IMG/VR virus record: IMGVR_UViG_3300032330_000236
Span: 905 to 64,904 of that record
Length of the DNA stretch: 64,000 nucleotides
Strand: one strand, 5' to 3'
From: a virus
Made by a program: the position numbers and the translations under genes. The notes under the pieces were generated by a model. It worked only from the letters and a program-made list of their open reading frames with translations, did not search any database and had not been told where the DNA came from. Positions within the stretch are counted from its first letter, which is position 1. Every line of letters starts with the position of its first letter. Positions 9,487 through 18,897 of this stretch are shown here, piece by piece.

Positions 9487-10178
9487 CAGGTCACCGCCTG
9501 TCTATATTGACCAGAACGATACGCATCCTGACGTTCCATACCATCGCCCAGACGTTTAGCCAGCGCAAGGGCTTCCTTGTACTTCATGTCATAGCCAGAA
9601 ATAATATCAACTTCACCTTTCATAAAGGTGTAGGCTTCAACCAATGAACCATACAACAACACAGTATCAAAGTTGTCCCCAAGCCATGTCTGACCGCCAG
9701 ACACAGTGGTAATTGATTCTGGGTAATAGTAGTAATGCAGCTCCACGTTGTATGACGCATCGGGGGTTGGGCCAAGGATAAAAGTCAACTCTTTAAGGTC
9801 TGTTGACTGAGGGCCAAACAACGCATAGTATTTTGGAATCGCGGTGTCTGTTGGCTGAGGATAAGCTTGACGGATAAAATTTACATCCTTGTTTAACAAA
9901 TACTCATATGACCCATCCGTATCTACAACTGCCATTGAATAGGTAGCCAAGAAATCTGTTGGGCACGCTAAATATTTATTGCTGGTAGTAGTCACACCAG
10001 TCACATTCTTACGAAGTGAGGGGAACTGAACTGAGTTGTATATACGTTGCTCAGCCTGCGTAATGAATGTGTTGATTTGTGTCGTTGCAGACACAGTACT
10101 CCCACTCGCAAGGTATACATCGGGGAACTGATTCTCCGTGTATGACTGAATCGTGTTATACAACTCGGTGTAGTTCAT
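9486..10178 (-). CDS. Head-tail adaptor / tail tubular protein
   Basis: AEQRI, PKYYA, LGPTPD, LLYGSLVEA motifs; position in the late module. Confidence 0.6.
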   Translation of the reverse strand: MNYTELYNTIQSYTENQFPDVYLASGSTVSATTQINTFITQAEQRIYNSVQFPSLRKNVTGVTTTSNKYLACPTDFLATYSMAVVDTDGSYEYLLNKDVNFIRQAYPQPTDTAIPKYYALFGPQSTDLKELTFILGPTPDASYNVELHYYYYPESITTVSGGQTWLGDNFDTVLLYGSLVEAYTFMKGEVDIISGYDMKYKEALALAKRLGDGMERQDAYRSGQYRQAVT

Positions 10179-10459
10179 GCCATCGGGCCTCTGGCTGTTA
10201 CGCCTTTGGTAGCTGCGCCATTGCCACGGGTTTTGATACCAGTTGTCTTAGGCTCACGTACGCGGTCACCAAGTGAAACACGTCGAGCAGGTATGCTGCC
10301 GCCGGGCACGGTTTGATTGGCTGCCAATGTGTTTGGATCAGGGCGGAAGCTACCATCGTTTTGCGACTTCACTTCACCACCACTCATGGTGTGGGGCTTG
10401 GCGTAGATGTCAGCATTGCCGACTTCTTTGCCGCCTTGTTTCATGCTGAATTTAGCCAT
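10175..10459 (-). CDS. Small basic protein with xGG motif and C-terminal RGxGAATKG tag
   Basis: MKQGG; ends RGNGAATKGVTARGPMA. Confidence 0.65.
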   Translation of the reverse strand: MAKFSMKQGGKEVGNADIYAKPHTMSGGEVKSQNDGSFRPDPNTLAANQTVPGGSIPARRVSLGDRVREPKTTGIKTRGNGAATKGVTARGPMA

Positions 10460-10668
10460 TATTTGCCCCTTTGGTTTGCAACACGAGCCATGTTACGTCC
10501 CATAGATTTCATCATGTCAGTGGTCACGCCACCTTTTTTTAGCTTCAAAGTTGTGCCTTTGCCGCCCTTATGTTCTTGCGCGTCATGTTGTTTGAACGCT
10601 TTTTTAATCATGGCCTTGTCTTGAGACTTATCCATTTTCATATCTTCTTTGCTGTCACTTTTAGCCAT
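10459..10668 (-). CDS. Small basic protein with KKGG motif
   Basis: 69 aa, good RBS (AAGGAG). Confidence 0.65.
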   Translation of the reverse strand: MAKSDSKEDMKMDKSQDKAMIKKAFKQHDAQEHKGGKGTTLKLKKGGVTTDMMKSMGRNMARVANQRGK

Positions 10669-10678
10669 GGTTGACTCC

Positions 10679-11068
10679 TTAAGTCGTTGCTACCGTTACT
10701 GTACCAATTTGCACGAACATTGCCAAGACATTTGGCGTTAATCCTGCATCGTTCGCTTGCGCCCCACCAACTGGAGCCCAGCCCCACTGGAATATCCGAC
10801 TACCGCCACCGTTCTCACCGTCTGCAAGTACGCCTGAGACCTCGTAGCTTGTATCTGGCCTTGGTTCCCGCACAGCCTGCGGGTCATTGACTGGATACAT
10901 ACCCAACTGAAGCTGCGGCTGATCTGGATCCCAACAGGACTGACAGACTTTGATCGAGTAAATCTTGGTCTTAAGAACCTGCTTGCGCAACTCCTTCAAC
11001 TTATATCTCTGCCCACACCTATCGCATTCAGCAATCGAATATTTACCAGAGGCAAATCTATTTGGCAT
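10679..11068 (-). CDS. CxxC...CxxC zinc-binding late protein
   Basis: CDRCG, CQSCWD-P-x-QPQL, PRPD. Confidence 0.7.
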   Translation of the reverse strand: MPNRFASGKYSIAECDRCGQRYKLKELRKQVLKTKIYSIKVCQSCWDPDQPQLQLGMYPVNDPQAVREPRPDTSYEVSGVLADGENGGGSRIFQWGWAPVGGAQANDAGLTPNVLAMFVQIGTVTVATT

Positions 11069-11076
11069 AGCTCACC

Positions 11077-12018
11077 TCAGTAGAACAACTGCCTTGGGAC
11101 AAACCGGTCTGGGGCTTTCTCACGATCTTCTTGTGACGCCAGCAACCACTGCTGCTCGTACTCCGACTTCAAAAATGCTACACGGTCAGGGGAAACGTCA
11201 GGTCGCTTAGAACCCACGTAAAACGCCAACCCTGCCACCATGCAAGGAATCAGACGGAAAGGTATATCTTGGACATTCACACCGCCGCCAGCATCTTGGA
11301 GACGGCGCAGCCGCCAGTACACGAACGTATAGTCACCGCCAGAGTTGGGGGCAGGCCAGACATTGATGCAAGGTAGGTTTTGGATATATACCGAATCCCC
11401 TGTGGCATGTGTAGTCGCAGTCGTACCATTTTGTCCACGGGTGCAATTAAGCAACTGGGTGCTTGTCACATTGGTAAACCCAATCGTCTCAGTACCAATC
11501 TTGACAAACCCTGTGGATGGTAAATCGGCAGTGGACGCTACATAAATCGTGGTATCCGTGGCTGACACGCTAGGGGTATTCCCACTCGCAGCTACAGTTG
11601 TAGTAAGCGTTGAGTTTGTTTTAGCAGTCTGACGGTTAACCCAGACTTGGATCGGGCGTCCAGTTGTCAGCTTGTTGGGGATAGTGGAATACGTCGGCTC
11701 AGAGATACGGGAAATGTTGATGTCAGTCTGGGTCGAAGCCGTGCCGTTATTCTGGCGAATGACATGGTCAAGCAAGTCGATCGTATCTGCTGGCAGGGGG
11801 TATACAGGCTGTCCAGTCACAAGGGGTATGACTCCCTCTTCCACCGTCCACAAGTTGATACCACGGTTTGCCCACTCAATGGTGAGCAAGTTCAGTGAAC
11901 GCCGTGCTGTACGAAACTCATAGCCAGTACGAACCTCTAAACCCGCCCGCTCATACGCTTCCTCAATCATCTCATTGAGGTCAAGATCAAAGGTAGCGGT
12001 AGAGGACGTATAGGCCAT
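11077..12018 (-). CDS. Head-tail connector / tail tubular protein with inserted beta module
   Basis: EEAYERAG, ARRSLNLL..EWANRGINLW, WPAP, PFRLIPC. Confidence 0.65.
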   Translation of the reverse strand: MAYTSSTATFDLDLNEMIEEAYERAGLEVRTGYEFRTARRSLNLLTIEWANRGINLWTVEEGVIPLVTGQPVYPLPADTIDLLDHVIRQNNGTASTQTDINISRISEPTYSTIPNKLTTGRPIQVWVNRQTAKTNSTLTTTVAASGNTPSVSATDTTIYVASTADLPSTGFVKIGTETIGFTNVTSTQLLNCTRGQNGTTATTHATGDSVYIQNLPCINVWPAPNSGGDYTFVYWRLRRLQDAGGGVNVQDIPFRLIPCMVAGLAFYVGSKRPDVSPDRVAFLKSEYEQQWLLASQEDREKAPDRFVPRQLFY

Positions 12019-12314
12019 TATTTTTGCTCGTCGTCTTCGTGGGTGAATTGCTCGTGGGGAACGTCATCCAAGAAAGCAGCTTGCGCAGCTTTGTCTTCAG
12101 CTTCCACAGCAGCAAAGTGGGCTTCCACTTCTTCGTCTGTCGGCTCAATAATATCGGCTGGAAGAGGTTGGGGCAGTTGGCCTTCAATCTTGGCGATCAA
12201 AGCCAGCATTGCTGATTCTTCTGAACCGAACATAGCTTGATACTGGGTTGCATGAGCGCGAAGTGCGTCTAGCAACATGTTGTCTTCTTCAGTGGTTAAT
12301 GTAAATTGAGACAT
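12018..12314 (-). CDS. Acidic hypothetical protein
   Basis: 98 aa, RBS AAGGAA, D/E-rich. Confidence 0.6.
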   Translation of the reverse strand: MSQFTLTTEEDNMLLDALRAHATQYQAMFGSEESAMLALIAKIEGQLPQPLPADIIEPTDEEVEAHFAAVEAEDKAAQAAFLDDVPHEQFTHEDDEQK

Positions 12315-12324
12315 AGTGTTTCCT

Positions 12325-12576
12325 TTAACTTTTTGCCATTCGCATGTTGTCGATTAAATTGGGGTATGGACGCCCCGCCGCTTTTGCCGCAGCCTTAGCC
12401 TTGGCTTTCTTCTCAGGTGACAGCTTTGTATGCTTCTTGGCAGGGTTGGGTTTGTCCCAGACTTCTCCGCCCTTCTTGAATACCTCAACCTTGTTCGGAT
12501 CATCCTTGCGGGTGATCGTCTTGGCCTTTGGCATCTTGGATGCGCGGATGTCGCCCATGCCACGGCTCGCCATCAT
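12325..12576 (-). CDS. Small basic protein with FKKGG motif
   Basis: SRGMG, FKKGGEV, AGRPYPNLIDNM. Confidence 0.65.
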   Translation of the reverse strand: MMASRGMGDIRASKMPKAKTITRKDDPNKVEVFKKGGEVWDKPNPAKKHTKLSPEKKAKAKAAAKAAGRPYPNLIDNMRMAKS

Positions 12577-12962
12577 TTTCTACCCCGAGCCATACCGCCG
12601 CCACACATCACAATCGTGCCCTTGGTCTTACCACGCTGAGCAATGCCATCCGCGCGACTAGAAGCGGAAGAGACTGAGCCACCCTTTTTAAATGAGATGT
12701 TAGTCATATTATCTGAAATTTGTCTGTCCATCTTTTTGCGAAGTGACATTGCATCACCAAAAGCCTTTATAGCTTTCGTACCTCGCTCATCATCTTCAAG
12801 TGCTGGTTTAGAAGTTTGTTTAGGTTCTGGCGGCAACTTCTTGCCATCGACACGAATGCCGCTACCAAGTTGTTCAGGTACGTATTTACGCCCTACAGAA
12901 GCATCATCAGGTTCCTTGGGAGGTTGACCCATGTCCTGTGTATAAACTTTGTCTTTAGCCAT
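12573..12962 (-). CDS. Tagged small protein (KKGG plus RADGIAQRGKTKG)
   Basis: Protein sequence. Confidence 0.7.
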   Translation of the reverse strand: MAKDKVYTQDMGQPPKEPDDASVGRKYVPEQLGSGIRVDGKKLPPEPKQTSKPALEDDERGTKAIKAFGDAMSLRKKMDRQISDNMTNISFKKGGSVSSASSRADGIAQRGKTKGTIVMCGGGMARGRK

Positions 12963-12965
12963 GAT

Positions 12966-13580
12966 TTAGCACATCTTTCCGCGAGTCTTACCTCGCTGAG
13001 CAATACCATCAGCACGGCGTGAAGCTGAAACAGCTCCGCCTTTTTTCATGCCAGAACCTTGCTTGGATTCACGCGAACGACGTTCAGCAGGTGTTTCAAA
13101 GTTACGGAAATAATCGCCAACAGCACCTGCCGCAGATTTAACAGTCTCTGCTGCTGCCGCACGATTTGCGGCGGCTTGTTCGCTGGTAGGAACTTTACCG
13201 GGGGTATAGTCAGTGGAGACCTTTGGCGTAGGTTTGGTTCTATTACCTTCGTTACCATAATCAGGCTTAGGAGTTGGAGCAGGTCTACTCGCAAGCGATG
13301 TTGTCTTGAGAGAATCTGAACTCCGCGCACTGTCGGTAGAAGCTCCATTGATCTTCACAGCATTTGCTTTTGTGGGACTCATGTCTTCATCGGAAGAACT
13401 TTTGGAAGACTTCATGGGCGCTGAATCTTCACCTTTACGGCGCAGTCCCTTGTCCGCATTCAACAAGTCACGCAATGTCTTGTCTTCACCATACTGACTT
13501 TTAAAATCAGCAAGCTCTTTGGCAGACACCATGGCCTTGCCGTCTTTGACTTCACGATCTGGATTGGGTGTATATGCCAT
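12966..13580 (-). CDS. Tagged low-complexity protein (KKGG plus RADGIAQRGKTRG)
   Basis: Protein sequence; RBS AAGGAG. Confidence 0.7.
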   Translation of the reverse strand: MAYTPNPDREVKDGKAMVSAKELADFKSQYGEDKTLRDLLNADKGLRRKGEDSAPMKSSKSSSDEDMSPTKANAVKINGASTDSARSSDSLKTTSLASRPAPTPKPDYGNEGNRTKPTPKVSTDYTPGKVPTSEQAAANRAAAAETVKSAAGAVGDYFRNFETPAERRSRESKQGSGMKKGGAVSASRRADGIAQRGKTRGKMC

Positions 13581-13590
13581 GATTTACTCC

Positions 13591-14019
13591 TTAGACCTTT
13601 CCGCCTTTTTTCATGCCTTTGTTACCGGGCATGGAAACTTGCATTGCTTTGGTTTTGCCTTTGGAAGCAACACCGTCAGCCGCTTTGTGAGCCGCAGCTA
13701 AACCACCTGTTGCCATCTTCTTGACGCCGCCGCCTTTTTTCATCATACCCATACCGCCGCCCATACCGCCCATACCACCAGCAGTGGGAGCAGCGGGAGG
13801 AGCCATGCCAGCGCCGCGTTTTTTAGCAGCCATCATCGCCATCATCTTGGGATCCATTTTCTTTGTAGCCATTTCGCCACCTCTTTTAAAAGTTTTGCCT
13901 TTGTCGGCGTTGGAAAAATCTTTGCCCACAGATTGTGGAACTCCTGCTTTCTTGGCGAACGCTGGGTTGTGGGCCACCGCTTCCATGAATCTATGTTGTT
14001 TTGCGCTACTGCTCGGCAT
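13591..14019 (-). CDS. Tagged Met/Gly/Lys-rich protein
   Basis: Start moved to MPSSSAKQHRF; four xGG motifs; ADGVASKGKTK. Confidence 0.7.
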   Translation of the reverse strand: MPSSSAKQHRFMEAVAHNPAFAKKAGVPQSVGKDFSNADKGKTFKRGGEMATKKMDPKMMAMMAAKKRGAGMAPPAAPTAGGMGGMGGGMGMMKKGGGVKKMATGGLAAAHKAADGVASKGKTKAMQVSMPGNKGMKKGGKV

Positions 14020-14209
14020 TGTCGTCTTTCTTTTTACGAAATAGCGTGGAAAACTCTTTACCTGTAGCCATTTCATAAATGCGCATGACACCAACTACCG
14101 CACCGATCAAACCAAATACGGGCGTGAGCAAATCCAAAAATGTACCTAGTGTGGTAAACACCGCCACTACATCCAATACATTTTTTGCGGTATCTGTATG
14201 CTCGGTCAT
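14006..14209 (-). CDS. Small membrane protein
   Basis: Hydrophobic core, RIYE, coupled start. Confidence 0.6.
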   Translation of the reverse strand: MTEHTDTAKNVLDVVAVFTTLGTFLDLLTPVFGLIGAVVGVMRIYEMATGKEFSTLFRKKKDDNAEQ

Positions 14210-14802
14210 ACAAACCTACCCTTTGTTTTGCCTTTAACGGCAATACCATCCCCACGGCTAGAGGCTGATGAGGCTTTGGGTTTATTAGAAACCATACCGC
14301 CTCTTTTCATACCAATGCCACCCATCATTTTTGGAGAGCCAGGGGCTGCATTAGGAGGGCCAAACATAGCCATTGCAGCAGGTGGAATTCGAGGCGGGGG
14401 TGTCATACCTTGTGGCATTTGCTCCAAAGTGCTGCCTGTTCCGGGTTTAGATTGGTTAAACGCATTACCGAATGCACCACCGATATTTTGCGCCATTTGT
14501 GGGTTGGCAAGAACCGCTTTAATAGCCGGCGCATCAGACATAACTGGACGGCCCGGATTAGGCATCGCAGGACGACCCGGATTAGGGGATATACCTCCAC
14601 CACCTTGAGGGGGCATCGCAGGACGACCCGGATTAGGGGATATACCTCCGCCACCTTGAGGGGGCATCGCAGGACGACCCGGATTAGGGGATATACCTCC
14701 GCCACCTTGAGGGGGCGTCGCGGGACGGCCCTGACCGGACATTGCATTACCAAGACCGGTATATCCTCCAAACGCCATTTTCTTTACTTTTGTTTTAGCC
14801 AT
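14206..14802 (-). CDS. Tagged Pro/Gly-rich protein
   Basis: 17-aa tandem repeats; ends RGDGIAVKGKTKGRFV. Confidence 0.7.
   Translation of the reverse strand: MAKTKVKKMAFGGYTGLGNAMSGQGRPATPPQGGGGISPNPGRPAMPPQGGGGISPNPGRPAMPPQGGGGISPNPGRPAMPNPGRPVMSDAPAIKAVLANPQMAQNIGGAFGNAFNQSKPGTGSTLEQMPQGMTPPPRIPPAAMAMFGPPNAAPGSPKMMGGIGMKRGGMVSNKPKASSASSRGDGIAVKGKTKGRFV
14561..14713. repeat. 51-bp tandem repeat x3 plus flanking partial copies
   Basis: Unit ggcatcgcaggacgacccggattaggggatatacctccRccaccttgaggg starts at 14561, 14612 and 14663. Confidence 0.95.
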
Positions 14803-15114
14803 TTAAACAAACCTTCCTTTAGTTTTGCCTTTGGTGGCGCAGCCATCAGCTTGTGTTACGTACCCGCCTTCTGCACAATTCCACGCTCTCAAGGATTTGT
14901 TAATCCTCGAATCCGGATCGCTTGCGGTCTTGGCGCTCGTAAGCTTCGCTTTCATGCCTTTCATACGGGCGCAGAAAGAGTCTCGCCTGCTGCCGCCCTC
15001 GGGTTGAGGAGGTTTCAGATTGTGGCCTTCTTTCTTCGCAGAGGCGCGCCCTTTGGCGTTCAAGCCGCCGTTGGGATTCTTCCCCTCCTTGCGTTGCCAT
15101 GCTGGAGTTGCCAT
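14803..15114 (-). CDS. Conserved small basic phage protein with appended tag
   Basis: PAWQRKEGKNPNGGLNAKGRAS..SFCARM..SLRAWNC followed by AEGG..ADGCATKGKTKGRFV. Confidence 0.75.
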   Translation of the reverse strand: MATPAWQRKEGKNPNGGLNAKGRASAKKEGHNLKPPQPEGGSRRDSFCARMKGMKAKLTSAKTASDPDSRINKSLRAWNCAEGGYVTQADGCATKGKTKGRFV

Positions 15115-15117
15115 ACA

Positions 15118-17967
15118 TCAAGCCTGTGCTTCTTTCCAGCTCAAACGAGCCAAAATAGTTCCGCTTGTTGCGCTCACTGCTTGAGCCACAATGTACAAAA
15201 TATCAGGGCCGTCAGGGTAAAAACCGGCTTGAGTTGTTGGAACAGTATTGCTTGTGCCGCCACCCAAGATTGAGTTACCTAAGTCACGAACCTGCGACAA
15301 GTCCAAGTTAGACACACTGTTTGCTTGGCAATACGCAGCAGCAACTGACTCGCCACCAAAGACAGAAACTGCATTGGTATTGATGGCAATTTGCGCCAAA
15401 GATGAAGTGGTACCGTTGGCCTGCTGAATTGGGGCTGTGAAGCTACCAGACAAAGCGCCGGTAGCGTAGCCATTCAGAATCAAGTTAATCAGATATGTAT
15501 TGCCAGTAGCAACAACACCCAACGATTCCAACTGCAACTGCATACGGTTGATGATCTCTTTCGCACCAAGCAAGCCAACTTGTCCGTTATCCACGCTTGG
15601 GCCAATCCGGATCGCCATCAACACAACAGGAGCTGTACTGGATGTTGACACAGCCGTAACAGTACCGTAGTTGAAAATCAACGATTTATCGTCGTTGAAG
15701 TTGCCGTCCATGATGACAGACGAACCCCAGTGAGACAAAGAGGGGATTGTGTCAGGCGACACAAGTTGTACTGATACTGGAGCAGTAGCGGAGTATGTGA
15801 ATGATTGCGCAGTTGCTGCCCCGCCAGTTTGTGCCCGGGTCAAACCATAGAACAAACTTCCATCATTACCTGTGTAAGCAATGTACTCAATGTTGGCTGT
15901 ACCACCTGAACCTTGAACCATGATAGTTCCCGCTGGAGGAAACTTGCTTGGATCAGCAACGTCAATAGATGAAGGGCTGACAGTAGTAGAACCAGCATAA
16001 CTTGATGCAGTAGTGCCACCAAAACCACGAATACAACCAATCAAGTTATTGCCTGATTTGCTCGCGTAGTAAATCAATTCACTGCTGATTTTTACCACGC
16101 CAGTGTTATTGAATGTGGAGGCATCAGTCAACGAAATAGTGGTATCCGCCACAGCAATAGCCGCAGAGTTTGTGGTTGTGGTGGTCGATACGTTGGAAGT
16201 GATAAAAGTCATTGGCGGTATACCATTTGACTCATATCTAGCCGCCATGTTTCCAGAACGCATATAGGCTTCAAACTGCCTGTTATTGTTCTGAATCTGG
16301 GTCATGTAAGTCACAACACCATTTGTTCCACGCAAACCATAACGAATTACGCCAGCGCCGTACCAAGAATAGTCGATGTACCACATCTGCATTCTGGTGA
16401 GGTCAAGGTTATATCCGGATGGGCCAGTACCATCGCATTTGTCAGCCCATTGAGACTGAGGAATCCTCACTTCAATTGTCTTAGAGACGATCGCGCCAGA
16501 AATTGATGTACCGCGATACTCGGGAGAAACCCGAATATCTGTATCACTTGCAACGGTCACGACACGATATGAACCACCACGAATGACAAGAAAATCACCG
16601 GGGTTAACTTGGGTGCTAAAGCGAGTGCCCGTACCAGTAACAGTAGCTGATCCATTGGTTACTGCAACAGTGCCATCCAACTGATTAACAGAGTTTCTCA
16701 ACACTGCATATAACTGCTGCCCATCATATTCAAAGAACATGCCGTTTTGGTTGTCATACATGCCAACACGGTTTGCAGCGCCGTACCAACTTACGGGATT
16801 CACACGAATACCAAAGCCTGTGGCTACAGTACCGGGAGGAGGGGTCTGTGAAGTGTAGGTAAATGTGGTCGCAGATGGAACTGTGACAACTGTAAAGTTG
16901 CCGTTGTATGCACCTTCATTGCAACCAACTACTTGGATTTTTGCGCCAACAGCTAAGTTGTGCTGGTAGCGTGTTGTGACAGTGATGTTGGTTGACGACA
17001 AAGAGTTTGTGATTGAAGTCACAAACAAAGCAGGTTTCAAAGAAGAGCCAGTTGAAAACTGAATGCCTTTACCAGACTGGTAGCGGAAGTAACGACGAGT
17101 CTGACGAATCAACTGAGCATTCGGGATCGCTGCGCCAGCAGAGAAGGACACACCACCGTCAAATGGACGAGGCTCAACATAACCAGATGGACGAGCATAT
17201 AAGGTGACAGTATCTGCCACGTTGGTCAATGTGCCTGTTGGAGCTGTGGGGACAAGATATGTGAATGTGTTGGCTGTAGGAACAGTCGCAACAACCCAAG
17301 CACCGTTAACACCACCGCCAGCACTGGAGGTCACGTTACGAACATAGATATATGAGCCAGAAGTCAAACCATGAGCATTTGCTGTGGTGACTGTAATGGT
17401 TGTCGTCGAATTCGTAAACGCAGAAGTCGAAGACAATTGAATACCAGCGTTGGAATAAAAATATCCCAAGTACACAGAGGTCAGTGTGGGGCTCCATTGA
17501 TTGGAAGCTGGAACTGATGTACCTGTAGCAATTTGGTAAGTGAAGCTAACACCGTTTGTAACAGCAGTGACATACCACCAACCGTTAGCTGCGGGACTAT
17601 TTGAATTTTGAACATAGATTGGGCTACCAACAGCAATACTTGTGGTGTTAGAAGTAAGAACTGTTACGGTCGGTGTTGATCCATCGCCAGCAATACTTGT
17701 AACATTGTTGTTGGGTTGTTGTGGGATGTAATACAAGCTCTGACGGTTATTTTGCAGAGCAATGGATTCCCACTTGGTTGGTTGTGTGCCATATTCAAAG
17801 TCGGTATCAATCAACGCTTGTGGTTGAGATACACGGAATTTACCCACCGGATCAAGATTGCTTGGAGCGGGGGTTGAATAAGGTGCGACGCCGGACGCGA
17901 CGTTCAGACCTTGAATCGGAATTGATTTGTTTGACGCTGAGTCAACTACTGTCCATCCACCTGACAT
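15118..17967 (-). CDS. Large beta-rich fibre/spike structural protein
   Basis: Start moved to MSGGW (AAGGAG RBS); RQTRRYFRYQSGKG, YSWYGAG, repeated TVTT..HGL modules. Confidence 0.7.
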   Translation of the reverse strand: MSGGWTVVDSASNKSIPIQGLNVASGVAPYSTPAPSNLDPVGKFRVSQPQALIDTDFEYGTQPTKWESIALQNNRQSLYYIPQQPNNNVTSIAGDGSTPTVTVLTSNTTSIAVGSPIYVQNSNSPAANGWWYVTAVTNGVSFTYQIATGTSVPASNQWSPTLTSVYLGYFYSNAGIQLSSTSAFTNSTTTITVTTANAHGLTSGSYIYVRNVTSSAGGGVNGAWVVATVPTANTFTYLVPTAPTGTLTNVADTVTLYARPSGYVEPRPFDGGVSFSAGAAIPNAQLIRQTRRYFRYQSGKGIQFSTGSSLKPALFVTSITNSLSSTNITVTTRYQHNLAVGAKIQVVGCNEGAYNGNFTVVTVPSATTFTYTSQTPPPGTVATGFGIRVNPVSWYGAANRVGMYDNQNGMFFEYDGQQLYAVLRNSVNQLDGTVAVTNGSATVTGTGTRFSTQVNPGDFLVIRGGSYRVVTVASDTDIRVSPEYRGTSISGAIVSKTIEVRIPQSQWADKCDGTGPSGYNLDLTRMQMWYIDYSWYGAGVIRYGLRGTNGVVTYMTQIQNNNRQFEAYMRSGNMAARYESNGIPPMTFITSNVSTTTTTNSAAIAVADTTISLTDASTFNNTGVVKISSELIYYASKSGNNLIGCIRGFGGTTASSYAGSTTVSPSSIDVADPSKFPPAGTIMVQGSGGTANIEYIAYTGNDGSLFYGLTRAQTGGAATAQSFTYSATAPVSVQLVSPDTIPSLSHWGSSVIMDGNFNDDKSLIFNYGTVTAVSTSSTAPVVLMAIRIGPSVDNGQVGLLGAKEIINRMQLQLESLGVVATGNTYLINLILNGYATGALSGSFTAPIQQANGTTSSLAQIAINTNAVSVFGGESVAAAYCQANSVSNLDLSQVRDLGNSILGGGTSNTVPTTQAGFYPDGPDILYIVAQAVSATSGTILARLSWKEAQA

Positions 17968-17987
17968 ACGATACTCCTTTAAATCCA

Positions 17988-18008
17988 AAGAAGGGGGCCG
18001 AAGCCCCC
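17988..18008 (-). terminator. Intrinsic terminator
   Basis: GGGGGC-TTCG-GCCCCC then TTCTTT on the minus strand. Confidence 0.65.
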
Positions 18009-18017
18009 GTTACTCAA

Positions 18018-18767
18018 TTAGTCGAAGTTACCGTATGGGTAAGCTGTTGTGCTACCAATATTTGGATCAGGTTGTGTGTAGCGAACAATGATGTTGTACT
18101 TACCAGCAGTAAATGGAGCCGCCGCATCCGCGCCAGACACAGTAGTAGCAACAGTCACAACTACTTGAGACAGTTGATTACCGTTGGGGTCAGTGTTTAC
18201 ACCTGTTGGGTTTGCAATATCGCCAGTAGTGCCAGCCAATAAGTTAGCCAACTGAGTTGCAGAGTACAAATCTTGTTTGCTAGATGTCAAAGCAATTTGA
18301 CGGCCTGCTGTGTATGTTGCGCTGGTAGAGCCAGAAGAAGCATACTTTGCTGTACCGTTGTAAGCAGTAAAACCGTTACTTACCAACACTTGCATACCAG
18401 TAACAGTACCGGTGGTTAGTGTTTGCACTGCAACAACATCAATAATTACATCACGGATAATTGATCCATAAGGTACGTAAATAACGCCACCACGGTAGAT
18501 GTATGTACCGCCATCAGCAGTTGGAGTTACCGCTACTGGAGGATATGTTGTACCCGCGCCTGCGGTATAGATTGTTGCGTTGGTGTTGGGAATACCATTT
18601 GAACAAACAAACTGCGTAGAGCCACCAGAATAACCAGCGGTTGCAACAGTTGTATTTGTTAAGTCTAAATAAAGAGATTGAACGCTCTCCACGTAACCGA
18701 CGTTACGCAAAGGGCCAAAACGGTTGTTGCCCTGAAGAATTGGGCCTTCAAATGTGGAACGTGCCAT
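18018..18767 (-). CDS. Structural (head-associated) protein
   Basis: MARSTFEGP N-terminus; directly downstream of the capsid gene. Confidence 0.65.
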   Translation of the reverse strand: MARSTFEGPILQGNNRFGPLRNVGYVESVQSLYLDLTNTTVATAGYSGGSTQFVCSNGIPNTNATIYTAGAGTTYPPVAVTPTADGGTYIYRGGVIYVPYGSIIRDVIIDVVAVQTLTTGTVTGMQVLVSNGFTAYNGTAKYASSGSTSATYTAGRQIALTSSKQDLYSATQLANLLAGTTGDIANPTGVNTDPNGNQLSQVVVTVATTVSGADAAAPFTAGKYNIIVRYTQPDPNIGSTTAYPYGNFD

Positions 18768-18852
18768 GACAAAAGTCCTTATGCAAAAGTGCTTTTACCA
18801 ATCGTTGCATCGTCTGCTGGGGCAGTGGCGGTAAAAGCGGGTCACCCAGATG
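18768..18852 (-). ncRNA. Structured RNA downstream of the capsid gene (candidate Mu-gpT-DE motif), double pseudoknot
   Basis: Three crossing helices: CUGGG/CCCAG, GCUUUUACC/GGUAAAAGC, AUGCAA/UUGCAU; lies after a gpT-like capsid gene. Confidence 0.6.
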
Positions 18853-18857
18853 TGAGC

Positions 18858-18886
18858 AATATACACCAAAAGAAAAGGGGGCACAA
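18858..18886 (-). promoter_or_regulatory. Putative sigma70 promoter overlapping the capsid terminator
   Basis: TTGTGC-17 nt-TATATT on the minus strand. Confidence 0.4.
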
Positions 18887-18896
18887 GGCCCCCTTT
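18868..18896 (-). terminator. Intrinsic terminator after the major capsid gene
   Basis: AAAGGGGGC-CTTGT-GCCCCCTTT followed by TCTTTT. Confidence 0.75.
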
Positions 18897-18897
18897 A

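Noticed and set aside
10231-10244. TTTTGATACCAGTT matching the motif at 29725-29738
   Set aside because: Single intragenic hit in the late region that lacks the ATT ending; may be chance.
14410-15273. 287-aa plus-strand ORF and other antisense ORFs in the track
   Set aside because: They are shadows of well-formed coupled genes on the opposite strand, here prolonged by the 51-bp repeat.
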